Source of the DNA: Azolla caroliniana
Taxonomy: Eukaryota > Plantae > Polypodiophyta
NCBI GenBank assembly: GCA_043228905.1
Contig: JBHGNT010000006.1
Location: forward strand, 1,798,001 to 1,862,000
DNA length: 64,000 nucleotides
Direction of reading: 5' to 3'
This document shows positions 1 through 12,700 of this stretch, in pieces; within the stretch, counting starts at the first letter, position 1, and each line of letters begins with the position of its first letter. A program made the translations under genes and the position numbers. The notes beneath the pieces are model-generated. The model did no database searches and had not been told where the DNA came from. It was given only the letters and a program-made list of their open reading frames with translations.

Positions 1-592
1 ATTGTGTGTTTTCACCAAAAAGAGAGAGAGAGAGAGTATTCACAAGAAAATAATAACTCACAACTAACAAGGGAGAGGAGAAAGTGTTTATCTAGTCACC
101 TTCTCTCTATATTCTTTTACTACATCTACCTCATGGGAAATAGGAGGGAACTTAACTACCTACAAATCATGTGTCATACAAGTTAAATCTTATGAAACAT
201 TAGTTATATTACGTAGTGGTGGAGGTGTGTCAACACACTTTGTGGTCTTAGGGTGTATTCACACCATAGGGAAGTTGAGTTTGATTCTCAACACAATATG
301 GTAAGTATTCTATAACACATAATCTCATTCTCAAATAATGCAAGAAGATCCACACACGCTTAAAATGTTTGATGAAAATATGGAGTGATGGACATTTGCA
401 ATCTCATAATTTTGATCCATTTTGCTCACTACACAAGTGCATTCAACACCAACACGGTTACAAATGTTTAAGACATGCCATTGCCCTACTAAGGATATTG
501 TATTAGTGGGATAAAGTGTCTCATTCTGTTTTGTCCATGTACAGTTTTCAAGTAATATACTAAGGCGAATTTTTCAAAAAAGAGAGAGTATA

Positions 593-750
593 TTATGGGG
601 ATTGTCTTCATATACTAGTGTATGTCATTAAAGGCATATGAATTGAGAAGAAGGCATAATTAGTGAAATACAAGGCAAACATATGATGGGGATTGTCTTC
701 ATATACTAGTGTATGTCATCACAGGCATATGAATTGAGAAGAAGGCATAA
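593..750. repeat. Direct duplication of a ~67-bp segment (two copies ~91 bp apart)
   Basis: atggggattgtcttcatatactagtgtatgtcat...ggcatatgaattgagaagaaggcataa occurs at ~595-659 and ~686-750. Confidence 0.9.
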
Positions 751-2865
751 AAGAAGCAAGCTTATGCGTATAAAATCAAATCTTGTTTTAAGGGTTTTGT
801 TAATTATTGGTTGGACATGCTTGACTTTGTAAAGATCAAGAAGGAATAGAGGTCCTCTCCCTTTCTTGAGTCAATGGGCCTCCACATAAGATGGAACTAT
901 TACGTCCCTACTAGGATTCATATATAACATTCTCATATGCAAAATTTTATAACTAACAGAAGGAGTTTTTTTTGTTGGAAAAACGAAGAACGAACAGAGG
1001 TTTTCCCTATGCAATATTGAAATTATAGAGGTTTTCCCTTTATATACCTTAATTAAAAAGGTATTGTTAGAATTATCATTATATGCTACTTTATGTAAGG
1101 AAAAGCATAATAATCAAGGTGAAAAACGACAAAGAATAGATGAATGTGATGCCCCCTTAGATAAATAGGCAGATTGATAGTCGTCATCTTTGTAAGTTTG
1201 TATGACATGGGTGACCACACCATTCACTAAGGTCAACAACGTTAGTTGGACAACTAGACAAGGACATTAAAAGTTTATACCATATATTCTAATAGTTTAA
1301 AAATGTTTCCTCTCTTTCTCTTTTCCTTGGTCTTAGTGGGACATTTCATAACATACTCCAATTTTATTTATGTTTCTACACCAAAATTCACTTCATTACA
1401 TACTCAATATTGTTTTTTGTCATGTTTCAACATCGATTTAAGTTATAGAAAGTTTCAAACCAAAGTTGGTGATCTTTGCTACATCTATGGTTTGTTTTTC
1501 TTTGTCCGAAAGAGGCTTGTGATGACCATGGGCGCTGACAGTGAGATGGTAAGTGAAGCTCTATCATTGATGTTTAACTAGGAAAGCAATTATCAATCTA
1601 TATTGTCTACTTGACAATAATATATTGTCATTTCACATGTGATGATCTCTACCTCATTTATGTATACTCCATAAAGGCTTCTATCTTTAGATCACCTTGA
1701 AAGAATACTTCTAACAATGTGGTCATTAATGCATACACTGGCATATTCTTTGGTTGCAGTATCCCTATGAGGATTAATCATTCCAATCTAGAATATTGGT
1801 CATAGGCCAATTGAACTGCTCTTTATTATGTGGCATAACTAACAGGCAATGGCCTTGTAATATAAAAGAGATTTTTAAGCTTTCCAACCTATATAAATTG
1901 TGACACACTCATGTAAAAAGGGCTTTTTGGTGCCCCAACTTAAATCTATCATTTCGTTATCATTCTTTTACATTCCCATTAGTTAGGAGAGATTTTTACA
2001 GAAAGACTATAAAAGATGGCTTATATATAAATGGGGGAATCACCCCCTAGCCGAGTTCAAGAATATGAGACCGCCTATGTATTCTCTCCTACTACTTTTA
2101 CTTAATGTAAGTAGGTATCTAGAGCTATAAACTAGTGGCAAATATCGACGACCAACATGATCCCAATCCTTTGGGCTTCAACGGAGGGAGAATGGGAGGT
2201 GAGTAGGAAACAACGAGCATGCGGGCTGGTAGTTCTAGCTTGGGTCATTTCCTCCGTGCGTCACCATCAATGTGTTCCTTCATTTCTGTCAAAAGCGTAA
2301 GCGGGCAGATACCACGTCAAAAGAAATGATTATGTGTGTTCGTGTTATGATGATAGAATATTGCTTAAGAGAGATGATGTAACAATGGTTATTATAACTT
2401 TTTACCTCATGACATGAGATTGCCTTGAGTATCGTATATGTACATAAGAGGAACAAAGAGGAAACTTCTATGCCATCTTTGATAATGTATAATCAAGTTT
2501 TGAGGGTAACACAATTATAACAGGAAATATTTAATATGGACAAGATGAAAAAGCATCGAATCATGTGGGATCATTGCAACACGAAAGCATCTTGCCAAAT
2601 ATGGTCACTTATTTTTTACCTAGAAGAAACATTCACACTATTTTCTAAGCAACATAATCGAGATGAGGTGTCTTACAACACAATGATTTCTGGGTATGTG
2701 CGGAATAATAAAGGTTTTTTAGCTTTGCACAACCATGAAGTATGATATGTGCATGTATTTTAGATGTGGAAACCTGGAAGAAACATTCACTGTCTTGCAG
2801 CATAATCCAGAGGTGGTGTCTTACAACGCAATGATTTTGTTGTATGTGCAGAATAATGAAGGTTT

Positions 2866-3592
2866 TGTTGGGAGACAGGTCCCTCCGGATGGGAAGGGAG
2901 AAGAACAATGCCGATGAACAAACTCGGCTGAGGCCAGAGCCGGATGGTGCAGACCCGGTGAGAACCGGATGAGGAGTACCCGGCTACGGAAAGCCGGATG
3001 GTGCAGACCCGGTGAAGACCGAATGAGGAGTACCCGGATACGGAGAGCCGGATGTTGCAGACCCGGTGAGAACCGGATGAGGAGTACCCGGCTATGGAGA
3101 GCCGGATGCTGCAGACCCGGTGAGGAATGCTCACCGGATGAAGAGACATATTCGTAAATATGTTTTTGAGAGTCCATCGAGGCTATATTTGTAAATAGCC
3201 GAAAAGTCATATCAGTATAAATATGACTTAGGGCAAACTTTTAGGTTACTGTTGTTGTTATTCTTGTCTATGCGAGATCAGAGTGCGTAACAGTATACAA
3301 AGAGTGAGAGAGAGAGGAAGAGGTCATTGCCTCTGATTGTAACCGTCGCCTGTGGCGAGGATCGTGACCACGAGGTCGTTGCCTCCGTGAACTCACTGTT
3401 GTACATTCTAACATAGTGATAGTTTGCAGCCTGTGGGCTGCCATGGTTTTTCCCTTAGTTTGGGTTTTCCACGTAAACATCCTGTGTACCCTTCTCTTCT
3501 TTGTGTTGTGTTTTATTTCCCATTTTCTGTGTATGATTCTAAGCTCGGTTGTGGCCGAGCGTTGCGCATAAGGAGCGTTTTAGTTCCCGTTA
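2866..3592. mobile_element. Solo LTR (727 bp) with 5-bp target-site duplication GGTTT
   Basis: GGTTT at 2861-2865 and 3593-3597; starts TGTTGGGA and ends TCCCGTTA; removing it rejoins the PPR sequence (gaa ggt ttt tca gct ttg), matching the preceding PPR copy at 2711-2726. Confidence 0.8.
2939..3124. repeat. 54-bp tandem repeat (~3.4 copies) inside the solo LTR
   Basis: Unit gccggatgNtgcagacccggtga...gaggagtacccgg... starts at 2939, 2993, 3047 and 3101. Confidence 0.95.
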
Positions 3593-4847
3593 GGTTTTTC
3601 AGCTTTGAAACATTTGAGCAACAAATGTGTGTAGTTGGTTGACCTTATTGATAGCATGTACCTGCTTTGGCAATATAGATAGGGGGAAATTGTGCTCGAA
3701 TGAAGCTATGAAATTGGATCTTGATACAATAGTAGGATATGCATTGATGTCAAGCATGAATGTTGAAAGTCACATAGTGGAGGCTATATATCTCCCAATT
3801 CATCTCTCATTTTTGTAAAATAAGTGGGTTGTATTTTGTAGCAGATATGCTTTTTAAAACTAATGGAAGGATATCTTGTTTAGAAAAAAAAACTTGTCTC
3901 AGGGGCGATTGATCACACATCCATCCTATGTGGTAGGTTGATCTTGTCCAAGGGACGTCATAGTTGCACATTGGGATCTTATGAAGAACTTCACAAAAAC
4001 GTGTGCATTATGAATTGGGAGTGAGACAGTTTAGATAAACCTGGGTCTAGGGATAGAACGCATGCAATATACTTAAGATTCAGGTACATACATGTCAACT
4101 TAGGTCCTTGTTAGCTATTTATATGAAAAGATAGCATGCACATTGCAAATGCTATCTTTTCATATATGATTCACATGAAAAGATAACATTTTCAATATTC
4201 CTTGTTGGCAATCATCCTATTTTATTAGCCATAATGTTCATTTGGGTAATGTTTCAAGATAATGTGAGAAATAAATATAAAGAAGGTGAAAACAATGAAA
4301 GTGGATTGAAAATACAAGTTCAAATTACAAAGAAGATTTAAACAGCAAAAGTCCGTGCTAGATTGTAAACTCAAAGTCTCGATTAAAAGCAAACGTACAT
4401 CCAAGAGGTTACGTGTCCCTTTACAACCAAAGACACCAATATATTCTTTGAAACAAAGGATTATATTCCACGTACTCATTGCAACTTACATGGACATGGT
4501 CTCAATAAAAAAGCCTTTCAATGATAATTTGATGTGTAAAGGAGATATTCCCAGAAAAAGAACAATATAGAATTCCATTTCCTAAACTATTATCACATTC
4601 TATATTGAATATATGCTTCCATTAGTTAAGCAATGTACAAAGGATAATTTACAACTCATATCTTACAAGACATCTTGCATGTCGAAGGAAAACAATATTT
4701 GTAGATGAAACAACAAAAAAAACAACTCCAAAGCACCACATCATTCGATGTGTATAGCATTACTCGAACACATATTCTCCACGTGAGCCTCATACAAACA
4801 GAATTCAGCATAGATGTCCTCCATTCACTCCTCATGGCAGCACCCAT

Positions 4848-5216
4848 CTAGATGTTAGGTACACTTGGAGGGAACAACCACCGTGGTGGTTGATAATTCC
4901 ACTTTCCTTTACCATCCATTATCTGCAGCATCGACGAACCGCTCCATTTCAGCAAGAAACGAGCTCTGGCTTCTTCATTTGCGTCAAATGGCCCTTGAAG
5001 ACTTTCAAACTCACCTCGCAACGTAGAAATAAGATTGAACCAGATCATCATTAAATTCTCAGTCAGTGGGGTTCGTTTACCTGCAAAAGTCTCCTTGCAC
5101 CTAGATACCCACACTTGCCAGACCGTAAGGCCGACCACTAATACCCATATGTCCACGCAACGTTCCTGTAAGAAGAATAAACCTCCTTGCGTTGGTTGCA
5201 CAGATCCTTGCATCAC
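4848..5216 (-). mobile_element. Non-LTR (LINE) ORF2 C-terminal fragment
   Basis: Trp-rich peptide TVWQVWVSRCKETF...IWFNLISTLRG...RFLLKW...WNYQPPRWLFP resembles the C-terminus that follows the RT/zf-RVT region in plant L1-type LINEs; no RT visible. Confidence 0.55.
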
Positions 5217-5397
5217 CTTTAAAGAAGGACTCTTACATGTTTATATGTTTGCGAAATGACATGAAGTATAATTACAAGCTCTTATAATGGCTTAAGATTA
5301 AAAATAAACAAAAGACATTGTTACTTACTTCCCAGCTTGAAACTTGTGAAAAATGTCATAATTCGATAAAACATTATAGGTATTCCCATGTCGAATT

Positions 5398-5670
5398 TCA
5401 AGCTTTCCTTGCGATTGAGATATCTCTAGAATCACGTAGATGCCATACAAATCTACTCCGATGAGTCTGTCCTTCTATATTTGGATAGATGGCTTTTTGA
5501 ATACGTTCTTTCAGAGGAAATTCCTTGGTTCGGACTTCCGCAATTATTTGTTGTGATTCGACGTATTGACCGTTCCTAATCGTAAGTAGACTTTGTGCGG
5601 GAATGGTGAAGCTTTGTAGATTACTACGACTCTTAATGAGGATGAGTAGTTCATTCCTCCATGTCCACAT
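5398..5670 (-). pseudogene. rpoC2: Nuclear plastid DNA insertion (NUPT): fragment of the RNA polymerase beta'' subunit gene
   Basis: FTIPAQSLLTIRNGQYVESQQIIAEVR...KERIQKAIYPNIEGQTHRS aligns by eye with plastid RpoC2 ([25 protein letters not shown]...KEKVRKHIYSDSEGEMHWS); isolated ~270-bp intronless fragment. Confidence 0.85.
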
Positions 5671-6789
5671 GTTGCTTTATATAAGAGAATGCATATGCTT
5701 TTCCACTAAAGCCTTTCCTTGCTCTTTGCCATGCAATACCAATTTGGATGCTAACAACGTGATGATGATGACCCAATCCATGGGATACTTTGCTCTAGTG
5801 TGAACTTGTCTTATTTATAGAGCCCTATGTCATCATCAACAAATCTTATTTTTTGTGCTCCATGCCATCATTAATAAGTTTGCAAGATTTTACATACCCA
5901 TGGTTGGCCTTGGCGATACACAAGGCATCAAAAATGTTTCTTATGGACAAAGCAATTTGATTGATGATGATTCATCCATCTTTGATGCGTGAATCTAAAT
6001 TGTCAATCGTGTTCCAGCATTTCAGCAAGATAATTTTGTTATCTTCACATGAATTCAATGTTTCCTCATTCAACTAATAGCTAATTGTCTCTCACATGTG
6101 GACTAATTTCTATCCTTTTAATTTAACAGAAAGTATTGACCCCAAGTTATTTAGACAAAGAAACAAAATCTAAACATGTTCATTAGAAAGATCATATTGC
6201 TGAAAGTGCATCATAACATAAGGAACATTTACCATGAAAAATTAACCCTTTTGTAGCTTTTATAACTTGTGGTCAATCAGGCTGTCCTTCCTACTAAATA
6301 GAAATGCTTCAATTTAACACAGGCAAGTAGAAGACATTTACCAGATTATAAGAAACTCTAAAATATTTTCTTTTCTTCAAACAAAGGGGAATGAATGACA
6401 TAAAAATAACTATGTTATTTAACATTAACTGATGGTTAAATCTGTCCCTGATTATACATATGAGCTCCAAATGACATCCCCAAACTGAGCTTGCAAAGGC
6501 TTGTTTTATGCGAGTTGAAGTTCCAAAATTACATGATTAACTAACAGATGATCCGCTGCTTTTACTAGCCATAGAACTTTTCCTCAATCCTTGCATCTTT
6601 CAAATTGAGGAAACACTACAATCATTATTATACATCCATATACGAAGAGGAATCATAACAATATTACCATCATTAGGAAAATCATACAAAGGTACATAAA
6701 AGAAATGGATGTTAAGTTACAAGATGAGAAAGGGAGGAGTCAAACTCCATCGTATATGTCACTTCATAAGAAAGAGTTTTAACCCACAC

Positions 6790-9700
6790 TCAAACTAGCT
6801 GAACCACTGCTGCAACTCGCAATGAACCACCTTGTAGAAGGTCTGGAAGTTCATCAAATAAGAAGGCTGTCCGCCAGCCCCAACCTTTCGGTGACTTTGG
6901 AAGTAATGTGCCTGCTTGAGTCAAACTGCCAAATATCATCACCTCTCTCTTTGCAGGGCATATCAACTGGAAAAGCAATGAGTATTATTTGCATAATTAG
7001 AAGAGATTCCTTTATATTGAAAAAAGAAGAAAAAAATATTCTTGGTCTGAAAAAATGTGATCTAGATTCCAAGCATATATAGATGGCAACTGCTCGCTTT
7101 TGTATTTAGCACAAGTGACATTGTTCATACGATACAAAATGCCTGGCAACATCACTAAACCTTACCTGGTATCGAGCAGTAACCTTTTCCCTAGTGTCTG
7201 TGTATAGGGAAACCTGAAAGGGAAGAAAACGCTTTTCAGAGACAAGCATAAAAATACCAGCCTTTATTCCAAACACATGTGGTTTTGGTATATCTTGTGG
7301 CACCCTCTCTAGATTCCAGACTTACTTTTCGATGGACATCCATATTTTCAGCTCGACGCCTATGAAGGAAAAGACCTGCATTAAGTCAACAGACAAATTA
7401 AAAACTAACGTTTGCCCAGTACTTGTAAGCATGCATTAAGATTTCTTGTAAATGGAGCACTTCTCCAAATTCTGCTGTGATGAACTTTTGATCCACAGAA
7501 TGAAGAGATAATCAAACATAAGAAGAGGGACGCAAAATAAAGACTCTCCATTACAAGATGATCTTTGAATCATGAGCTCACATAAGGGATGTCTGTATCC
7601 ATATCTTGGACGAACCTTAGACCTGGCACTGAGCCTCACAAGTGGGAGCTTTAGTGTGGTGTTGATGAGAAGCGCAAGGGATTTTGTCGGGAAAAAGAGT
7701 TCATAAGTGAATCACTGGATATTTATATCCTTAATTCCATGTCCTGACAGAGCTATGCTTAAAAACACATAATCATCCATGAACCGGGTCCAATGACTAG
7801 AGTATCCAGTTTCATCGATTCTTCTAATCTTCTTAAATTTACCTAAACCCAAGAACGTATTTTTCTGGAAGAAACCTTGAACACTTGCATTCTTCTTCTA
7901 TTTCTCATCAGCATTTTTTTGGTGGGATTGCCTTAGATTTCTCCTATTAAACAAGAAAAACGTTTTTATATAATTTAATATTTTTTTAATTTTCTGATTT
8001 ATGTCAGCGATGTACAGTCTTGTTTTCAGAACTGTACTAACTCCTAAAAGAATATTTTGTACACTGAATGGGATCCTTGGACACAATTCCCACTCAGCAT
8101 TAAATACGTATTTATGAGGCCATGACTTAGCTGACCCATCAGGATTTAAGGCTCTTCTTCTACGAGCATATCCTATCTATCGTGAACAGCATGTGTGTGA
8201 GTATGTGCACTCCAACCTTGTAAATTTTTTTATAAGCAGTGGGCTTTTGTTTTGCAAACAGCTTTTGCTTTCTTTAATCTCTCTTGTGTATTAAACCCTC
8301 AGTTCCGATTGGGAGTCTCAAACATGCAAGTATGGCAACAGTTTAAACTTTTTGGCATACATGAAACATCCATTTATGGGCATGGAATTATGTTTTGCGA
8401 TCTCGGACTGAACCAAGCATGGATGGATATACAGTTCTCAGATGACCAAGTATGCGATCTATTTTTATTCAACAAGACCCGGGATAAATTTTCCCTTACA
8501 GTGTCATATAAGGCCAGTTTTCTCCTAGGCATATCTTGCATCATTTAGTAAAAGCAGGGATACCCATCATTTGGTATATGTATGCTGGCAATATCATACA
8601 ATGATAATTTTCAACTTACCGAGTGTTCGACGACCTTGTGGATCTTCATCGTGGAAAGCTTGGACACTGATCTGAAACATGAATATAATAAAAATGGGAA
8701 CAGTTAGCCTTTCAGAAGTCCTTTAAAAGATATGCAACTGATAACTATTGCAGTTATACTTCATACTAACCTTCCAAAGTGATCCAGCATAAAATGATTC
8801 AGCAGAGTGTTTTGACTGACCATCAGCAAGTCGATGGACATTCTCGAATTCCACACTGAAATAGCGAAATAAATTCTTTATAATTTCTTTCTGAGATCTC
8901 TTTCATTCAATGGTATTCAGTAAATTGAATTTAGACTCGAGAAAGAAAACAGAAAATTAGATACCCAAAGCGAAAAGGAGGAAAGGTCCTCAAAGGAGTT
9001 TCTAAATCAAGAGAAATTGAGTCACTTGATTCCCAGTCTTCACCCCATGCTTGTTCTGATTCTACATTTTGAGAGGTATGGCCAGGGCTTTCAATTGCTC
9101 TGCTAGTTTCTCCCATCACCCGTCCAAATTGATCATCCATGTTTCCAGACTGATTACAATGCATTGGAGCATTACCATTTCCACCTTGTGTAAGGCTAAC
9201 AACAGTGGGCAAACCATCAGCCGAATTAGCAGGCATTCCCATGGTATTCAAATCAATCCTTGCATCCGATTGATCATTTCCAGTGCTTGGTTGATTTGGA
9301 CGATTTCCGAATCCAGTAAATGGGATCCTTGTGAACATAAAGCGCGATGGAGACCATGTACCTCCTGGAGGACCAAATGTTGATCCACGACCAATGCCAG
9401 CTAATCCATCAACAGGACCCCGGACATGTACTCTAGCTTGCACTGGTGCAATGTTGCCAACACCTGTTTGCATATCAATATGAAAACCAGCAGCAGCTGG
9501 ATTCCTATCCTGATCTTCCCGATAAAAATTTGAAGGTATTCTACAGTTAGAATAGCTGTATGACTGCTTGCAAGTGCAGGATGTCGCAAACAAACTACAT
9601 GTTTTGCATGTTTCTGAGGCAATTGTAAGCACATGCTGCTTGAGGAGTGTCTGTTTACACAAGTTAAACGTTAATATACCTCATCTCAATAGAAAAGCCA

Positions 9701-12700
9701 AATTTAGAGCATCGAAAACTGCAAAATACCCTGATTTTTTCTGATTTTCCCAAATGCCCCTTGATCCTTGGTCAACCCCTGAAAGAGCAATTACAGGTGC
9801 TATTTGAGCAAGTATTCAATCGAGCGATCCTGACTTTCTCAATCATTTGTGCTATTTCAGTATGGTATGGTTCCTTCATCTCTTATTTATCCCTTTCAAG
9901 GATTGATCAAGGGTGTTTCTGAAGTAAAGAAAAACTCAGGAGCGTTTCGGGAAAATGAAGAAAGATCCAGAGGTATTTTGGAGATTTTCTATGTAAGATA
10001 AAACATCATTCAACCTACTTGCAGCCAGAGTCCATCAGAAACAGCTTTACAAGGGAAGCCTAGTTCCTCTAGTCGAGCTCTGACATGTAATAATTCATCG
10101 AATCCCATGTGACAATACAATACACCTCCACCTTCAAACACACCTATGAAAGCTTCCCAATCTTCAGGGTTAGCCCATCCTGACTGATTTACATAGGCCT
10201 TCAAACGTCTTCTTCCAACCAACCTTCCACCCCAAGAGAGTCCAGAAAATGGTAGCACTTCCCTAGGCCAGTCACTTTGTGAGTATCTTCCAGCAGTGTT
10301 GCTTGAACCTTGGCTACTGGAGCAATTCTGTGGTTGATCCCTAAAGCTCACCGTTGAATAGCAATTCACAGGAGCAACAAAGTAATCACTTTCTTGCCCA
10401 TCATGGCTAGAGCAAGCCTCTCCACGTGTGCCTGTTTGCATATTTTTCCTGGTTTCTCTTAATGGGGTGCATATATTCCCTACCTCCACCTCAATTTGAG
10501 ATTTACTAGGTGATCCTGGCTTCTCACTTCTATAAACACACAGCATACCTGAAACTTGTCTAGGGTCATATTCTTGATTCCCTTTCATGCTAGAGTCAAC
10601 CTCATTACAGAAATCTACAACTGCGTCTGCTAAATCTAATACTATGTTTTGGATTGCATGTGCATCATCACAAGCGCCTGCCTTTTTTTTCAAGGTTTTC
10701 GGTAACTTTGATGTTGATTTCATTCTATCTTCAACAAAACATTCATACTCTTTGGGCTGGATAGAGTAAAATGAATGTGGATCCCCACCATTCACAACTA
10801 CAGTACCAGATAGTGATTGGGGCGGATCAATCTCAAACAATGTGCCCCTTGAAATAAGCACACTAAGAGCCAGCTCAAACCTGGTCAAGTTTCGACACAA
10901 TTATCAGATTGAATTTATGCACGCCCATAGAAACTGAGTTATTAGAAAAAATGTTTCTGGCTGAACCTTTTCTCTTCGTTAGTCACCCAGAGTTCATCTG
11001 AAGTCAACAATGTGCGTAAAGTTTGTATTGAAAGCTTCGGAAGAATCTGATATCACGTAACGCACAAATAATACTGTAATGATTGTCAATATCAGGTATA
11101 ATACAACCAGAAAATAAAATTGAAACCTATTGTATTTAGTTCTGCATGACTTGCTAGCTGCAATTAAGAATATCTGCAAAATATATGGAGGAAGTTCTTC
11201 ATTTCAGCTTTGGTGAAGATCATATCAATACACTCCCGATATTTAGAGTTGGGGGACAACTAATCGTATAATATACAATCTTGATGTTGTTCAGATTGAG
11301 TACTTGATATGTGCAGGGAAAACCTAATACTGGGAAGTTATTGTAAGACCTAATAACAGCATAAGAAAGTAGCTGAGAGAAGTACTCTCCACATAACATT
11401 CATTTCAAGTTGTGCTTTTAGCTACTGGGACATACATTTAGACTTCCGCAGCTATTTAATATATGAGAAAAGCTCCATAATACTCCGATTTTTTCTTTAT
11501 TTCCCAACAAATGCCCACACATTTTCATGGTTTTTTGTTAAATGTACTTCAGAATACCAAAAACTTAGTGGTATAAGAGGAAATAAAGGAAAACTTGAGA
11601 GTATTTAAGATTTTACTCTCTTTGTATTATATTTTCATATATTACAACTTTATGGTTTTGAATCCACCCAAATAAACTTCCAAAAACATCCACGTACTTC
11701 TTTCAGTTCAACAGCACCTCCTCGACATAGATATCCCCAACAAGCTTTCCGCACTCGTTCTCCATATATACCATAGTCTTGGCTTTCTGCAAATGCCTGT
11801 CAAACACAAGTAGAGCTTGATATTGAGAAAACTCCTCACTTTGAAAGTTTTGAATAGAAGAGCAAACAAAACTAAATATTCTTTCACAAGTATAAATTCA
11901 AGTTCCAAGTCGCAAATATTAGTAATTAAACAAAATCAGGGAAAATATGAAAAAAACATAGTAATACAATGAAACTTTTTTGTATTTCAAACTACTTCAA
12001 TGTGATCACCTGATAAGATAGAAAATTGTCGGTCCATATCTCTGAGATAATGAATTCAGTACAAATTGCACAAAGATCCTGCAAATTGAGTTCAATTCCA
12101 ATTAGTTAACATACAAAATCCTGGACTCTGAAAAATTTGCATGTGAAACTTATATTTATCAGTTTGAAAAAAACAATGCCTTAATGAGGCCAAAATAGTC
12201 AGACCAAAAATTATATTTCACAGCATGTGTATGCCTATCTCAACCTCTAACTGATGTGACAATGTCCTGATCTGCCCTATTACACTGCAAAGTGCATAAA
12301 ATAGATGTGAGATAATTTTTCTTCTGATTCCATCCCTCGATCGCACAGTTGGCAGATCTGTTCTTCCAAAGATGTACATCTTACCCATCTCAATTTCTAA
12401 CTTATGTGGCCCTCAATAGCTTTATCACATAGTGGAGAACATTAAAATAGTAAATATAAACAGCACAATGATAAATCGATCATATGACGTGTAAAAGGAG
12501 TGTTTTACAGTGGGCCATCTTCCTACTAAGAGGTGTTGTGGGGCTGGTCCACGCTCTTTCATCATCCAGTACTCAATAGCTCTATCACATGGTGGAGAAC
12601 ATTAAAAATTAGAGGTGTATAAATATAAAAGGCACAATGATAATCAATTATGTGACATGTAAAAGGAGTGCTTAACACTGGACCCTCTTCCTACTAAAAG

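Larger units (their letters stand above)
2600..3790 (+). pseudogene. Decayed PLS-class PPR gene fragment interrupted by a solo LTR
   Basis: PPR-like peptides LEETFTLFSKQHNRDEVSYNTMISGYVRN and CGNLEETFTVLQHNPEVVSYNAMILLYVQNNEG lie before the insertion; FSALK...LLIACTCFGNIDRGKL...DTIVGYALM lies after it; frameshifts and stops present. Confidence 0.75.

Noticed and set aside
2939-3124. Regular repeats that could suggest a CRISPR array
   Set aside because: Whole 54-bp units repeat with no unique spacers, there are no cas genes, and the context is a eukaryotic LTR
7400-8600. Possible decayed coding or TE sequence in a BTB intron
   Set aside because: Short interrupted frames, no recognisable domain or termini
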